Below the pieces are notes generated by a model. That model saw only the letters and a list, made by a program, of their open reading frames with translations. It searched no databases and had not been told where the DNA came from. Both the position numbers and the translations under genes were made by a program. From Octopus sinensis (taxonomy: Eukaryota), in the NCBI RefSeq assembly GCF_006345805.1, contig NC_043001.1:16430001-16494000 (forward strand): DNA of 64,000 nt, written 5' to 3'. This document shows, in pieces, positions 11,600-25,989 of the stretch. Every line of letters begins with the position of its first letter. The stretch's first letter is position 1.

Positions 11600-12829
11600 C
11601 AGGGGTTGGACTAAATAATGGAAACACCTAGCATCATAGCGTCACAATTGTGAAATATCTATAAAACGGTCAAAGACTTGTTTATTATTGTTTTTTTTTG
11701 TTTATTTATTATTAGTGTTGCTTAATATGTTTTGCTAAAATTGCCGTTTCTTTTTCAGATATCATCAGAAAAAGGTAATTAAAAGTCATTAAAATTACAG
11801 ATCTACCGGACTTTCAAAGAGGTTAAATTGCTGGTGCTCGTATGGCTGGCGCTAGCGTAACGAACACAGCCGAAATGTTTGGCGTATCAAGAAGTACCGT
11901 CTCGAAAGTAATGACAGCCCTTGAGAAAGACGGAAAAACCTCCTCGCCGAAACAAAACTCCAGAAGAAAACCAAAACTTTCATATAGAGACCATCGGATA
12001 CTTATGCGAATTGTTAGAAAGGATCACAAAAGTACAGCTCCCAAAATTACTGCAGAGCTTAATGACTACCTCGAGGACCCAGTTTTCACAAAAACTGTTC
12101 GCTGGGAGCTGCACAAAGCCAGGAAGGCTGCAATCAGAAAACCACTACTTCCAAAAACAAAAGTTGCAAAGCGTTTAGAGTGGAGTAAAAAATCTACAGA
12201 ATTGGTTTCTAGAGCAGTGGAAGAATGTTATTTTCTCGGACGAGTCATCCGTTACCTTATTTCCGACCACCGGCCAGTATACGCGTGGAGACAGCCAAAA
12301 GCAGCATTTGGCCCAGATTGCCTTCTTCCAACTGTTAAACATGGAGGAGGATCTGTGATGATCTTGGGGGCTATATCTTGGAAACCCACTGGCCCAATGG
12401 TTTCCCTTTATGGCAGAATTAATAGTAAAGACTAAGCATTTTATCTGATCAAATTCATCCTATGGTTGCTGAATGCAATCTTTCAGGATACAAATGAACC
12501 AATTCACACAACTAAAGTTGTTAATGAATGGCACGAGGAACATTCTGGTGAAGCTAAACATCTTTTCTGGCTACCACAGTCCTCAGATCTCAATATTATT
12601 GGACATTTATGGTGCATTTTAGAAAAACAAGTAAGGAGGCGATATCCTCTACCATCATCACTACATGAAGCGGAGACTGTTTTTGCTGAAGAATTAACAA
12701 AAATTCCTTTGGAAATTTTCCACATCTTATAGAATTCAAGCTGTAATTACTGTCAAAGGCGGTCCTACCCAACATTAAAATAAATTTGTTTAAATCTTAA
12801 GGTGTTTCCATTATTTTGTCCAATTCCTC
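11600..12829 (+). mobile_element. Full-length decayed Tc1-family DNA transposon
   Basis: TIRs caggggttggactaaataatggaaacacct / aggtgtttccattattttgtccaattcctc with TA on both sides (11598-11599, 12830-12831); total 1230 bp. Confidence 0.93.
11842..12732 (+). pseudogene. Tc1 transposase pseudogene (frameshifted DD34E type)
   Basis: HTH AEMFGVSRSTVSKV; VIFSDES out of frame near 12228; KHGGGSVMI; FQDTNEPIH; WLPQSSDLNIIGHLW (catalytic E replaced by G). Confidence 0.9.
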
Positions 12830-13043
12830 TATAATATGCAGTAAAAAATCAGCCAGAACAGTAAAAGAAGAATATTGCAGTACGATGAATATAATGTTTG
12901 CTTAACAATTGGCTGCAAGGACAAAAATACGTTTGACGTTTCGGGCGTAAGTACTTCTTCTTAAGATAAAGAAAATGAAGAAGAAACATAGAGAGAGAGA
13001 AAGATAATACACGCTTACCTATAATATATATATATATTATATA

Positions 13044-13090
<47 letters not shown>

Positions 13091-13124
13091 CATACACATA
13101 TACACACAAATAATGAACTATCAT

Positions 13125-13258
13125 AGGCACTGGAGTGGCTGTGTAGTAAGTAGTTTGCTTACCAACTACATGGTTCCGGGTTCAGTCCTACTGCGTGGTA
13201 TCTTGGGCAAATGTCTTGTGAGAGGATCTGATAGACAGAAACTGAAAGAACTCCGTCG

Positions 13259-13347
<89 letters not shown>

Positions 13348-13588
13348 GTATGTATTTATATGTGTGTGATGTGTGTGTATGTGTGTCTGTGTCTTGTCCC
13401 CCCAACATCGCTTGACAACCGATGTTGGTGCGTTTACGCCCCCGTAACTTAGCGGTTCGGCAAAAGAGACCGATAGAATAAGTACTAGGTTTACAAAGAA
13501 TAAGTCCTGGGGTCGATTTACTCGACTAAAGGTGGTGCTCCATCATGGCCACAGTAAAACGACTGAAACCAGTAAAAGACTAAAAGTA
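13125..13588 (+). mobile_element. SINE family A
   Basis: Head, internal (TA)n and tail match the family. Confidence 0.88.
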
Positions 13589-14076
13589 TATCATTAAAAT
13601 TCCCATCTCTCTGCTTACCTATCGATATATCTGTCCATCTAGGTACGTATAATGGATACGTGGTTCCGGGTTCGATTCCGATGCGTAGCTACTTGCATGT
13701 GGGCTTTCCGTCGCATCTTCGTGTCTAAACATTTGTTTTATTTCATTTGCAAAAACAAAAGAAAATGAAAAAAACATAGTTGGTTGTCAAGTTGTAACAA
13801 GCGAATGACTGTCTCTCTGCACACACACACACACACGCACACACACACATGCGCACACGCACACACACACGCACACGCACACACACACACACACACACAC
13901 GCAGACGCATGCATACACACATACACATACACACATCCAAACGTGTGCATGCATAATCTCTTTTTATTCCTCTCCCCACTCTTCACTTATAAGCACATCT
14001 ATCTATCTGCCTGTCTGTCGGTCTGTCTGTTTGCCTGCCTGCCCTTTTGTCTGTCTGTCTGTCTGTCTTCTGTCTG

Positions 14077-14116
<40 letters not shown>

Positions 14117-17100
14117 AATGACATAAAGTCACATAAGTTAGAAATCATAGCCATAAGCGAGACCAGACTCCACAATCCGCGGGCCCTGAAGACCATGTTT
14201 GGCGGACAGTTCAACATTTATTTTTCCCCCTGTCTGCCGAGAATGGGCGGTAGTGGCACCGCGGTACTTTTTCACAAGAGTCTGGATCTCAATGTAAGGA
14301 CAATATTCGTAGACCCGGAGGGTAGACTGGTCGTCCTGGATGTCGACGGCAGCAATGGGTGCGCTTTTCGGCTCGTATCAGTTTACGCACCGCCCTTAAC
14401 AGGTCGGGCGGATTTCTTTCAACGTCTAGAAGTTTTCTTGGGAACGTCTCGTCCTTTACTCTTAGTGGGGGATTGGAATGCTACCTTGGACACGCATGTA
14501 GACTACGTGGGTAGAGATAGGAATAGACGGGGATGCAAATGCCTCAGAGACCTGCTCAGACGCTTTCAACTGTCTGACAGGTTTCGACTAGACCACCCGA
14601 ATGCGCCAACGTGGACATGGAGCAACCGCATCGGGTCGTCGAGATCGTATCTAGATAGGATACTGTGTAGGACAGTAGATAGAGATAGCATAGGATGTCC
14701 ACAATTCCACATAGTCAGCTACACGGATCACAAACTTGTGACATGTACGCTAGACTTAGGTAAGACACTTAGGCAGGGTCCCGGATACTGGAAACTAAAC
14801 GCGTCTTTCCCATCGAGACAAGTTTTCAGAGACCGGATTAGCACACTAGTAAAGAGGGCTTTGACGGGAGCCATCATCAACAACAAATGGTGGTTGCCCT
14901 CAAGAGAGCAGTAAAAGCAGAAGCGATTAGGTACAGCAAAGCACTAGCCATAGATAGAAATAGAGTAGAGGGTGAGCTAGTTAAGAAGCTAGAAGAGGCA
15001 ATTAGAAGCGGCATCGCATCCGACGTTTTGGCGGCGAGGTTGGCCCTCGACCAACACTTCAACGCCAAACACGAAGGATGTGCTGTCAGAGCTAGGATGC
15101 GTGCTCTAAGGAACGAAGGTGTTGGAGCCGCGAGAGAGGCCCGGGTGGCAGAGGCGCAACAGGGCAACAAAGCCACCATTCGGTCACTGGTAGATGAACA
15201 GGGGCGCGAATTGCTCGAGCCAAGTAAAATGTGTGAGGCCTTTCAGCAGCATTTTGCCCGACTGTTCGGAACGAGTGGAGGGCAAGAACGTAGGGTGGAC
15301 TTCAGTGCCTACCTACATAGCCTACCACGACTCTCGACAAGAAAGGCAGGGTGCTGCGAAGGTGCCATCACGGCGGCGGAAGTGCGGGAAGCGATGGCAG
15401 AATGCTCGAGGGACAAATCACCGGGTTTGGATGGTCTACCCTACGAGCTTTACAATTGTATGCCAGACTTGTTTGGAGATCTCTTGGCGGCGGTGTACTG
15501 CAACTGGCAGCAAAACGGGAGCATTCCTGGTTTTGTGAGCCGAGGAGCCGTAACACTGCTGAAGAAAGATCTAAAAAGGGAAATGTAATAGATAACTTTA
15601 GGCCCATCACTCTGCTTAATGCAGACTTGAAATTTTGGCCAAGGTGCTAGCCAAGAGGTTGGCGCTTGTCATCGAGAAACTGGTCGACAAGGCGCAAACA
15701 TGCGCCGTGCCAGGCCGGACCATCCATGACAACCTCCATCTGATGCGCTACATCATAGACAGGGTAGTTAACGAACCTGGCATGGGTGGGGCCCTGATCA
15801 ACTTGGTCATCAAAAGCAAAAGCCTTTGATAGGGTAGACCATCGATACTTGGAGCAGTCCTGAGAGCGGCTGGTTTCGGTCCCGTCTTCCGCGGCTGGAT
15901 GGCTGCCTTGTAACAGAGGCATCCGTTCGGTAATTCGCGTAAATGGACATCTATCGAGACCTTTCGACATTGCACGCTCGGTCCGTCAGGGATGCCCCCT
16001 CTCGGCGCTTCTATACGTATTGACTCTTGAGCCACTACTGCGGAAGCTGGCGACTCTAAGGGGCATCCCGCGAGAATTGGGATGCGGGACGAGCGTGTCT
16101 GCATACGCGGACGACGTCACCGTCATAGTTCTAGCCACGAGCACATCGAGCTGGTCGGCGGGACACTGAAAAACTACGAAGCGGTGACAGGAGCGAAAAT
16201 CAACCGGGAAAAGTCAGTGGGCTTGCGACTAGGCACCTGGAGAAGCAAGCCCATGCCTCCACCAGCGCCTCCGTCGTGGGACGCTGGACCGACGGCCCGG
16301 TTGAGTTGCTCGGGGTCTGGTTTGGTCCGGACCTCCAAGTGGAGAAGAACTGGAACGAGATAACGAGTAGGGTGGTCACTCTCGCCCGGCAATGGGCCGA
16401 GAGGAAACTGTCCCTAAAAGGTCGAGCGGAGGTGGCGAACACGTACATCGCGTCCGTCATCTACTACCGCCTGACCGTCGTACCTTGTCCCGACCCTACC
16501 ATCACCAAACTAAACAACGCATCCTCTTTCGCTTCTTGTGGAAAGGATGCGTCCCGATGGTCAGGCGATCCATTTGCTGTCAACACCCCTTAAAAGGAGG
16601 GCTGGGCATGCCGTGGTTGATGATGCGCAGACACGCGCTGAGACTGCGACATCTCTGCTCTATGTAGACGACGGTGAACAGGTGTGGTCGCCGTTTGTGA
16701 GGCACGCTTTCCCGCAGCTCGTCTCCATGACCGAACTGCAGTCGTGGATCAAAAGAGGCCGAGGAAGGGCGAATGGCACCGGCGAGTGTCGCGTTGCTCT
16801 CAAGCAACTCTGCCGTCCTGGGTCGACCTTAGTGACTTCAACACAACCAAAGCATTCTATAGGGGTTTAGTGGAGGGGAGTACGACGACGAGCTCGGGCG
16901 AACCTGGACGTCGACGAGGAGTACCTGACCCGCCTGTTCGGGACGACTTTCGGGCCAGGGCCCATGGACAACTTCCAGAGATCCCTGGCCTGGCAGTGCT
17001 GCTACCGAGAAGCGCTACCCCCGTTCGGGATAAGCTCTACAGACACGGCTCGAGAAACACGGGGCCGACCTGCCCGAGATGCGGTCAGAGCGACGAAACC

Positions 17101-17489
17101 GTTCTGCACGCACTCGTTCAGTGTCCAACAATTTCCGACCTGTGGGCTTATGTCGAACAACTGCTGTCACGTGTGGGACGAGTCGGTTTATCAGCTGAGT
17201 CTATCGTCAATATTGTCACGCCTCCTTCCTTCAAACGGGAAGGAAGAGCTATTTTCATCATCCTTGTGGCTATGGCGAAGAATGTATCTGGTGGACGCGT
17301 CTGAAAGGATTGGAGACAAACACTTTCCTCTCTGGTCATCTCTCCATCAACTTCTTCAAGTACCACTTGAAAAGGAAAGTGAGAGTAGAGAGGCAAGTTT
17401 TGTCTAGCGAATGTTTTAAAAAAAGATGGGTGAATGTAGCAAGAATGGCACGTATGAATGACGAAGCCACCTTGAGCATAGTCCTATGA
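14117..17489 (+). pseudogene. Tx1 ORF2 (APE-RT-CCHC), interrupted by single-base indels
   Basis: AISET, VYAP, GDWN, SYLDRI, TDHKLV, GPGYWKLN; SPGLDGLPYELY; NFRPITLLN; RQGCPLS; YADD at 16104-16115; CPRCGQSDETVLHALVQC; stop at 17487-17489. Confidence 0.9.
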
Positions 17490-17887
17490 ACCCGAAATCG
17501 AAAACAGAGAGTTGCTTATTTGCAAAAAAAAAAAAAAAAAAAAAAAGAAATATAAAATGTGACTTCATTGACCGAGGTTACCGTGGTCTTTTCCGCAGGC
17601 TTTTCTTTCCACGGGTAAACCTCACCTGTCCTCCCCTTTACACTTCATATTGACATTTCTGTGATAACGATCCCTATTGATCATTTTTTTTTCCTCTCCC
17701 CCCCCTTTTTTTTTTTTTTTTTTAACCCCCCTTATTTTTGTCCTCTTTCTCTCCTTTTACGATCCCTTTTGATCGAACCTCCCCCTTCCTTTTTTTTTTT
17801 TTTTTTTTTTTTTAATACCTTCAAAAAAAAGCTCTACCTTGTAATTTGTTCTATCTGTGTGCAGCCCTGTGTGGCTAATAAAGAAAC
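14117..17887 (+). mobile_element. Tx1-clade (L1 group) non-LTR retrotransposon, 5'-truncated inside the APE domain
   Basis: APE endonuclease, RT and C-terminal zinc knuckle, then 3' UTR ending aataaagaaac; no poly(A) at the end; (TCTA)n on both sides. Confidence 0.9.
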
Positions 17888-17888
17888 A

Positions 17889-17907
17889 TATCTATCTATC
17901 TATCTCA

Positions 17908-17969
<62 letters not shown>

Positions 17970-18048
17970 ATCTATCCATCTATCTATCTATCTATCTATT
18001 TATCTATCTATCTATATAGATCTAGCTATCTATCTATCAATCAGTCAG

Positions 18049-18111
<63 letters not shown>

Positions 18112-18130
18112 CACTATCTATCTATCTATC

Positions 18131-18169
<39 letters not shown>

Positions 18170-18186
18170 AATCTATCTATCTATCC

Positions 18187-18220
<34 letters not shown>

Positions 18221-18333
18221 TTATCTATCTATCTATATAGATCTAGCTATCTATCTATCAATCAGTCAGTCTATCTATCTATCTATCTATCTATGTGTAT
18301 GGCTGTCTGTGAATTTGTGTATGTATGTATGTG

Positions 18334-18365
<32 letters not shown>

Positions 18366-18516
18366 CATTTGTATTTATTTATATACATATATATATTTGT
18401 ATACACACACCTGTATATTTGTATATATATATATATATATTATATATATATATATCTGTGTGTATACATATATATATATTTGTATATGTATGCTTGTATA
18501 TATATGTTTGTATATA

Positions 18517-18568
<52 letters not shown>

Positions 18569-18822
18569 ACTATATATATATATGTATGTGTGCGCGCGCA
18601 TATGATGTGTTCGTGTGAATACTTCGTGCTCTTGTGGACTTGTCCCAATACCAACGTACACGCGTGTTTAAATGTATGCATATTTATGCGCACACGTATG
18701 CGCATGCGCTTGCATGTATGTGCGTATGCCTGCATGTGTGTGTGAGTGTGAAAGTATGTTTGTAAATGTTTGTGTATGCATGTATATATATGCATATATG
18801 CATGTATGTATATATATATATG

Positions 18823-18878
<56 letters not shown>

Positions 18879-18879
18879 C

Positions 18880-18923
<44 letters not shown>

Positions 18924-18943
18924 TATATATGTATGTATATGTA

Positions 18944-18991
<48 letters not shown>

Positions 18992-19550
18992 ATGTATATG
19001 TAATATATATATATATAATATATATATATATATATAATATATATATTATATATATATGTATATGTAATATATATATATAGATATATATAATATATATATA
19101 TATAATATATATATGTATATATATATATATGTGTATAGTATTTATATCTCTGCTTGTGTCATGTCTTTATAAGTCGCCGTTCACTTGGTGCTTGGATTAA
19201 AAAGGATTATCTTTTCAGGCGACCAAGGAATTAGGTCACCACGCATCCGATGTGGATTAACGCAAGTCAAAACCGACAGCTATGCGGGGATTCAAGTCGG
19301 ATAAAATGCACGGCATGCTAAATCGGTTGCACATACATACACGCATACATACATACATGCATACATCATACATACATACATACATACATGCATACATGCA
19401 TGCATACATACATACATACATGCATACATGCATACATACATACATACATACATACATGCATGCATGCATACATACATACATACATACTACATACATGCAT
19501 ACATGCATACATACATGTATACATACATATATACATGCATACTACATACA

Positions 19551-19584
<34 letters not shown>

Positions 19585-19868
19585 CATGCATACATGCATA
19601 CATACATACATGCATACACACATACTTACATACATATTTACATACATATATACATACATACATACATACATACCTACATACATATACACACACATACATA
19701 CATACATACGTACGTACATACACACATACATGCACACACACATCCATACATACATACAGATATACATGCATACATACATATAAACATGCATACATGCATA
19801 CATACATACATACATACATGCATGCATACGTACGTACGTATATACATATATACATACATACACATACG

Positions 19869-19902
<34 letters not shown>

Positions 19903-19984
19903 CATGCATACATACATACCTACATACATATATACATGCATACATACATACATACATACATACATAAATACATACATATATACA

Positions 19985-20018
<34 letters not shown>

Positions 20019-20612
20019 CATGCATACGTGCATACATACATACATGCATACATACATACATATATACATGCATACTTGCATACATACATACATGCATACA
20101 TACATACCTACATACATACACACATACATATATGCATACATATTTACATACATACACACATTATATATGTAGGCATGTATGCATAGATGCTTATAAGTTT
20201 TATAAGCATATCAGACAGATCTGTCTGTCTGTCTCTTTCTCCCTCTTTCTTTCTCCCCCCTCTCTCTCTCTCTCTATATATATATATACATAGTGCGTAT
20301 ATACAAAATACAGATATATGTTTGTGTGTGTATGTGCATATATATACATGTATATTATATACATACAAGCACACACACACATACACACACATATATACCG
20401 ATTAAAAAAATAGATATACACACCTGTCAAAATATCACATGCACACGCACACACACACACACCACACACACACACACACACACAAGCTTACATATATGTG
20501 CACACACACTCGCACGTACAAGCATCCATACCAACTCAGATGTATTCACCTCGCTATTCGTTCATACTCCAATTCATTCCTGTATGAACATCATGTGCGC
20601 ATATAAGTTTAT

Positions 20613-20695
<83 letters not shown>

Positions 20696-20697
20696 AC

Positions 20698-20728
<31 letters not shown>

Positions 20729-20773
20729 AATATAATATATATATATATATATTTCATTCTTGTATGAACATCA

Positions 20774-20862
<89 letters not shown>

Positions 20863-20944
20863 ATATATATACATACATACATAGATACATACATACATAT
20901 AAATACATATATATATATGTATATATATACATACATACATACAA

Positions 20945-20979
<35 letters not shown>

Positions 20980-21355
20980 TAGTAATACAGTGTCAAATAA
21001 TAACCCATACAAATGCATTAATCCGTGCACGTGCAGATGCAAACACATTCACGGACACATGAGCAGGTACGTGCATGTGTGGTCATGTGTCATTATACAC
21101 GCACACATGCACATATACACATGCATATATATGCATGCGTATATGCATACATACTTGTGTATTACGTGTACGCGTGTGTGTGTGTGTGTGTGTGTGAGCT
21201 TGTGTGCACGCATGTTTATTAGTGTATACGTATGCATGTTCCTGCATATATTTATGCATGATCCTACATGAACATACCACCTGTGTATATAAATATACGT
21301 ATAAATATATGCATACATGTATATCTCCCCGTCAGAAACACACACACAGACGCAC

Positions 21356-21390
<35 letters not shown>

Positions 21391-21520
21391 CACACCACAC
21401 ACACAAACATGCATGCATACTTTCTTCCTTTGTAAATATATATGTAAATAGATATGTGTATATATCCTTATAAATAAGTTTATATATGTGCGGGCATATG
21501 TGTGTATGTATGCATGTGTG

Positions 21521-21556
<36 letters not shown>

Positions 21557-21560
21557 AAGT
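17889..21560. repeat. ~3.7-kb compound microsatellite block: (TATC)n, (TA)n, (CATA)n, (CA)n
   Basis: Read directly; only a short unique island at about 19150-19330. Confidence 0.95.
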
Positions 21561-21831
21561 TTAAATAGAGATTAAAATAACCACCTTAAGGGATGGAAAC
21601 AAACTACTCGTTTGTTACCTAGTATTTTGTTGTGAATAGTTGAATGTTTGTAGTTAATAAATTATATTAACGCTACTTCTCCATTTTCTTATTTGCGATA
21701 TAAATTAATGCTAAAATATCTCTTTACCTTCACCCATTTAACACAATAGGTAAGTTAATTGCAATGCAATTAAAAACACTTGTGTATTAATAATTGGGTA
21801 TTCTACAAGCAATATAATTATATATATATAA

Positions 21832-21973
21832 TTTCCGTCTACCAAATCCACTCACAAGGCATTGGTCGGCTTGATGCTATAGTAGCAGATAATTGCCGAA
21901 GATGCCACGCAGTGGGACAGAACCCGGAACCATGTGGTTGGGAAACAAGCTTCTTACCACACAGCCACGCCTA
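21832..21973 (-). mobile_element. SINE family A, 5' half
   Basis: Reverse complement of the family head. Confidence 0.8.
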
Positions 21974-21981
21974 TATTTTGT

Positions 21982-22089
<108 letters not shown>

Positions 22090-22854
22090 AAAATATCTAG
22101 TGGATGCCTAAAATTCGCCATATACTTTTGACTTCTCTCTGTTTTCTATATATTGTTGCACAAAAGCGTAAAAAAAATCAAGAACCTCTTCTCAATGGTA
22201 CCAAAGACTTGTAGTTACACGTGGGTTTAAAGACAGTCATATCATTACACTATATGACTAAGGAAGCAACTCCCCGAGCTTATAGCAAGGTCTCAGTTGA
22301 CAAAAAAGTGAAAAAAAAAAACGATTAATGAAATCGCAGGAAGGAACATGGACATGATACATCAAAAACGAAGGAGTTTGAGGTTTGTATGAGGCACAAG
22401 GATGGTCATGTTCGGTGCTTCTAGCAGAAGTATGATCTCGTGGGTTTATAACTACACCCGTTAATGTCTTGCTTGGCTGAACATGGATTTAGGAAATACA
22501 GCAGAGCAGAGAGTTTTGCAAAGCATAAATTGCTTTTCCATGAACCAAACCTAAGAGCATGGAACAAAACATCATTGCATAGCAAAACAAAAGCAGTTGC
22601 TGTTTGATTTTTTGTGGTTTTTAGTTGCAGTTTGTTTGTTGCGGTGGTTGCATGATGTCGGCGGTAAAAAAAAAAAAAAAATGCAAGCTGATAGGTGGAT
22701 CAAAAGAACCCGGATATTCTATGGTAGCATCAACGCAGCACTGCATGACTGCATCACTGGATATTGTTGTGGAAAGGTGAAGAGGGAAATCTTTGATCTC
22801 CAGTCAATAGCTGATAAAGTGAGTGTGTCCCGCTGTGCAATCCTGTATAAGATG

Positions 22855-22938
<84 letters not shown>

Positions 22939-23373
22939 ATATATACATAATATATATATATATATTATATATATATATAATATATGTGTGTGTGTGTGTG
23001 TATTATATATATATATATGTAATATATATATATATATATATAATATATATTATATATATATATATATATGTATGAGTGTATAGACAAATACATGCATAGA
23101 TAAATACATATATGTGAACACGTGTGCGTTGATATGTATGCATATGTGTAAAAAAATATTATTGCACACACAGACACACTCACAGACCCATACCCTACAT
23201 ACATACATATATACATACATACACACATACATACATACAAAGTAATAATAGTAATCTATACCTCGCAAGCGTTGCGAAACATTTCTATTTAAAGCATCTT
23301 AGTGGAGAGCTCGATAAACACGTAATGAATCCATGTACATCAATTATATTATATCATATCATATCATATCATA

Positions 23374-23415
<42 letters not shown>

Positions 23416-23460
23416 GTATATATTTACATGCATGCACCTATATATATATATATATATTAT

Positions 23461-23688
23461 AAGGCGGCGAGCTGGCAGAAACGGTAGCCCGCCGGGCGAA
23501 ATGCGTAGCCGTATTTCGTCTGCCGTTACGTTCTGAGTTCAAATTCCGCCGAGGTCGACTTTGCCTTTCATCCTTTCGGGGTCGATAAATTAAGTACCAG
23601 TTACGCACTGGGGTCGATGGAATCGACTTAATCGCTTTGTCTGTCCTTGTTTGTCCCCTCTGTGTTTAGCCCCTTGTGGGTAGTAAAG

Positions 23689-23692
<4 letters not shown>
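23461..23692 (+). mobile_element. SINE family B, full-length monomer
   Basis: aaggcggcgagctggcagaa head to gtagtaaagaaata tail; central tttcatcctttcggggtcgataaa recalls Meta/Sauria-type domains (from memory, unverified). Confidence 0.9.
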
Positions 23693-23724
<32 letters not shown>

Positions 23725-25074
23725 GCATATATATTTATGTATATATATATATTTATGCATATATATATATATATATATATTTATTTATGTATATATACAG
23801 ATGCATACATGCATAATATACACATATAAGCTTATAAATATTTATATAACTGTGTGTGCAAATACCTACATGTCGAAATGCGTATATACATACATACATA
23901 CATACATACATACATACATACATTAATGCATTAATACCTACATGTAAATGTCAAACTTTATATTGGAAGGATTGGTTTGGTTTTGTATTTATAATTCCAA
24001 GCGTGTAATTTTAAACTAGTGAATACGAAATACGAAATTGAGAAAATCTAAATATATTCTCCCAGTTGGCCATAAATGTCGAAGTTGCATTTAGCGTAAC
24101 AACTTTGGTAAAACATATTCTTGGCTTCGGTATTTGGCCCCATTCTGAGCCATGAGACATGAGAACATTTTGAATAGAGCATTGGAATAAGAATGGAAAA
24201 AGATAAGCGATAAAAATATGGAACTACGTTTGTTGTATTGCCAAAATTCTGAAGATATTAAACATGATAAATTCTGATAATTGTTTTAAATGTTGGCACA
24301 ATGTCAGTAATTGTTTGGGGAGGCATTATTCGATTACATCAACCTTAGTACTTCACTGGTACTTTATTTTATCGACCCCGAAAAGGAGGAATGGTAATGT
24401 TGACCGCAGCGGCATTTGAACTCAGAATGTAAAGAACCGGATGGAATGCCACTAAGTATTTTGCCCGATGCGCTAACGATTCTGCCAGCTCTAAACCTTT
24501 AGACATATTCTAATAATCATTTTTACTGTAGGCAGAAGACCTGAAATTTTGTGGGAAGGGGTCTAGTACATTACATTGGTCCCAGCACTCACCTGATACC
24601 TATTTTATCGACCCCAAAAGAATAAAAGGCAAAGCCAACCTTGGCGAAATTTGAACTCAGATCCCGCTAAGCATTTTGTCCGACGCGCTAACGCTCCTGC
24701 CTGCTCGAAGGCTTTAGATGTATTCGAATAATAGCAAATGTGTATAATGTTGCTATGATTGTTTAGCCCCAGTTTAGGTCGGATCGAGCAGACTTTATAA
24801 AGAAGTTCCAGTCGTGTCATTCCCATCATTGTCTTTTTGAGACAGCTTTTCGTTGACATCATACAATTTTTTCCCTTTATTTTGAACAGGTAGGGTGCAA
24901 TTTGATGGAAGTTTTGGCTGTCATTTCTTACAGGTCAACGGCGAGGAGCCTCTTTTTTGTAACCGAGTCGAATTGTAAGTGCTTAAGACTACGTGCGTAC
25001 GTCTGTACTAAGGAAAAAACGATGATGCTTTAATTTTAGAAATCCATAACTATACATTCCATCACGTAATGCAA

Positions 25075-25458
25075 TCTCTCTATATATAAAGCTGAAGTTA
25101 TCTGTGTATGGCAGGTTTGGTAGCCTTCAACTAACACTATCTCCTGTGAGACCCTGCGGCGCAAGTTGACCAAAATTGAGAGTATGATAGAAGAAGGCTT
25201 CCGTAGAAGATAAAATTCAAATCGGACCATGTTAACACCAAAAATTATTTACATCAAAAAGGTGCTTTTTTTCTATGAAAATCCCTACTTTTTTACGATT
25301 TTTTGACTGCCGTGTCGCCATTTTTCGGTGTATTTCAACTAGAAAAATGTTCACTTAAAGAGAATAAACAAGCTACATAATGCCAAATTTTTACTTTTCA
25401 AAAATTCCAATTCTAAAGGGTGGAAACAAACCCGAGCAACGCCGGGCGATACTGCTAG
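25075..25458 (+). mobile_element. Non-autonomous Helitron, ~390-bp family
   Basis: A|TC 5' end; cccgagcaacgccggg hairpin; CTAG|T at 25455-25459. Confidence 0.88.
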
Positions 25459-25989
25459 TAGTAATTAAAAGACTATAAAGCTTTAATTAATCATTTAGAT
25501 ATAATGCTGTAAATACTGGGACATCGAAAACGCAACTGATCATAATACGTCAAATTAAATGAAACCCTTTGTATTTTAACGCAAATCTTTGGTTCTGCTT
25601 TTCATTGGAAAGATCTGTAGGACTGCCGATGTAACAAGTCTTAATTGGTTTATATGATTATCTGTATACTATTAGGCGACGAATTGGCAGTCAAATGACT
25701 GAAACAAGTAAAAGAGTATGTAAACATGCAGTCGTCAAGGGGTGAGAGATGACAAACACGCATACACACATACATATACACATATGTGTATACGTATGTG
25801 TGTATGTGCCAATGTACATGTGTACCTAAGTTTGTATGGTGGGCTTCCGTACAGTTCACTCACAAGACCTTAGTCGGTCCTGGACTATAAAAAGATACTT
25901 GCCCAAGATGTTGCATAGTGGGACTGAGCCTGATACTTCTTAATTATATAGCCATGTCTGCGCATATAATATATTATTTTTTACCTTTT

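Noticed and set aside
17661-21473. Long ORFs (up to 314 aa) such as YIYI, YLSI and HTYI repeats
   Set aside because: Translations of microsatellites that lack stop codons; the same applies at 4837-5301, 45671-46330, 54326-54568 and 59230-59556.
22250-22860. Possible host exons or a Tc1/mariner remnant in a unique-looking island
   Set aside because: All frames are interrupted and no motif is confidently recognisable.
23461-23560. tRNA genes
   Set aside because: The A/B-box-like heads run into SINE bodies and do not close a cloverleaf.
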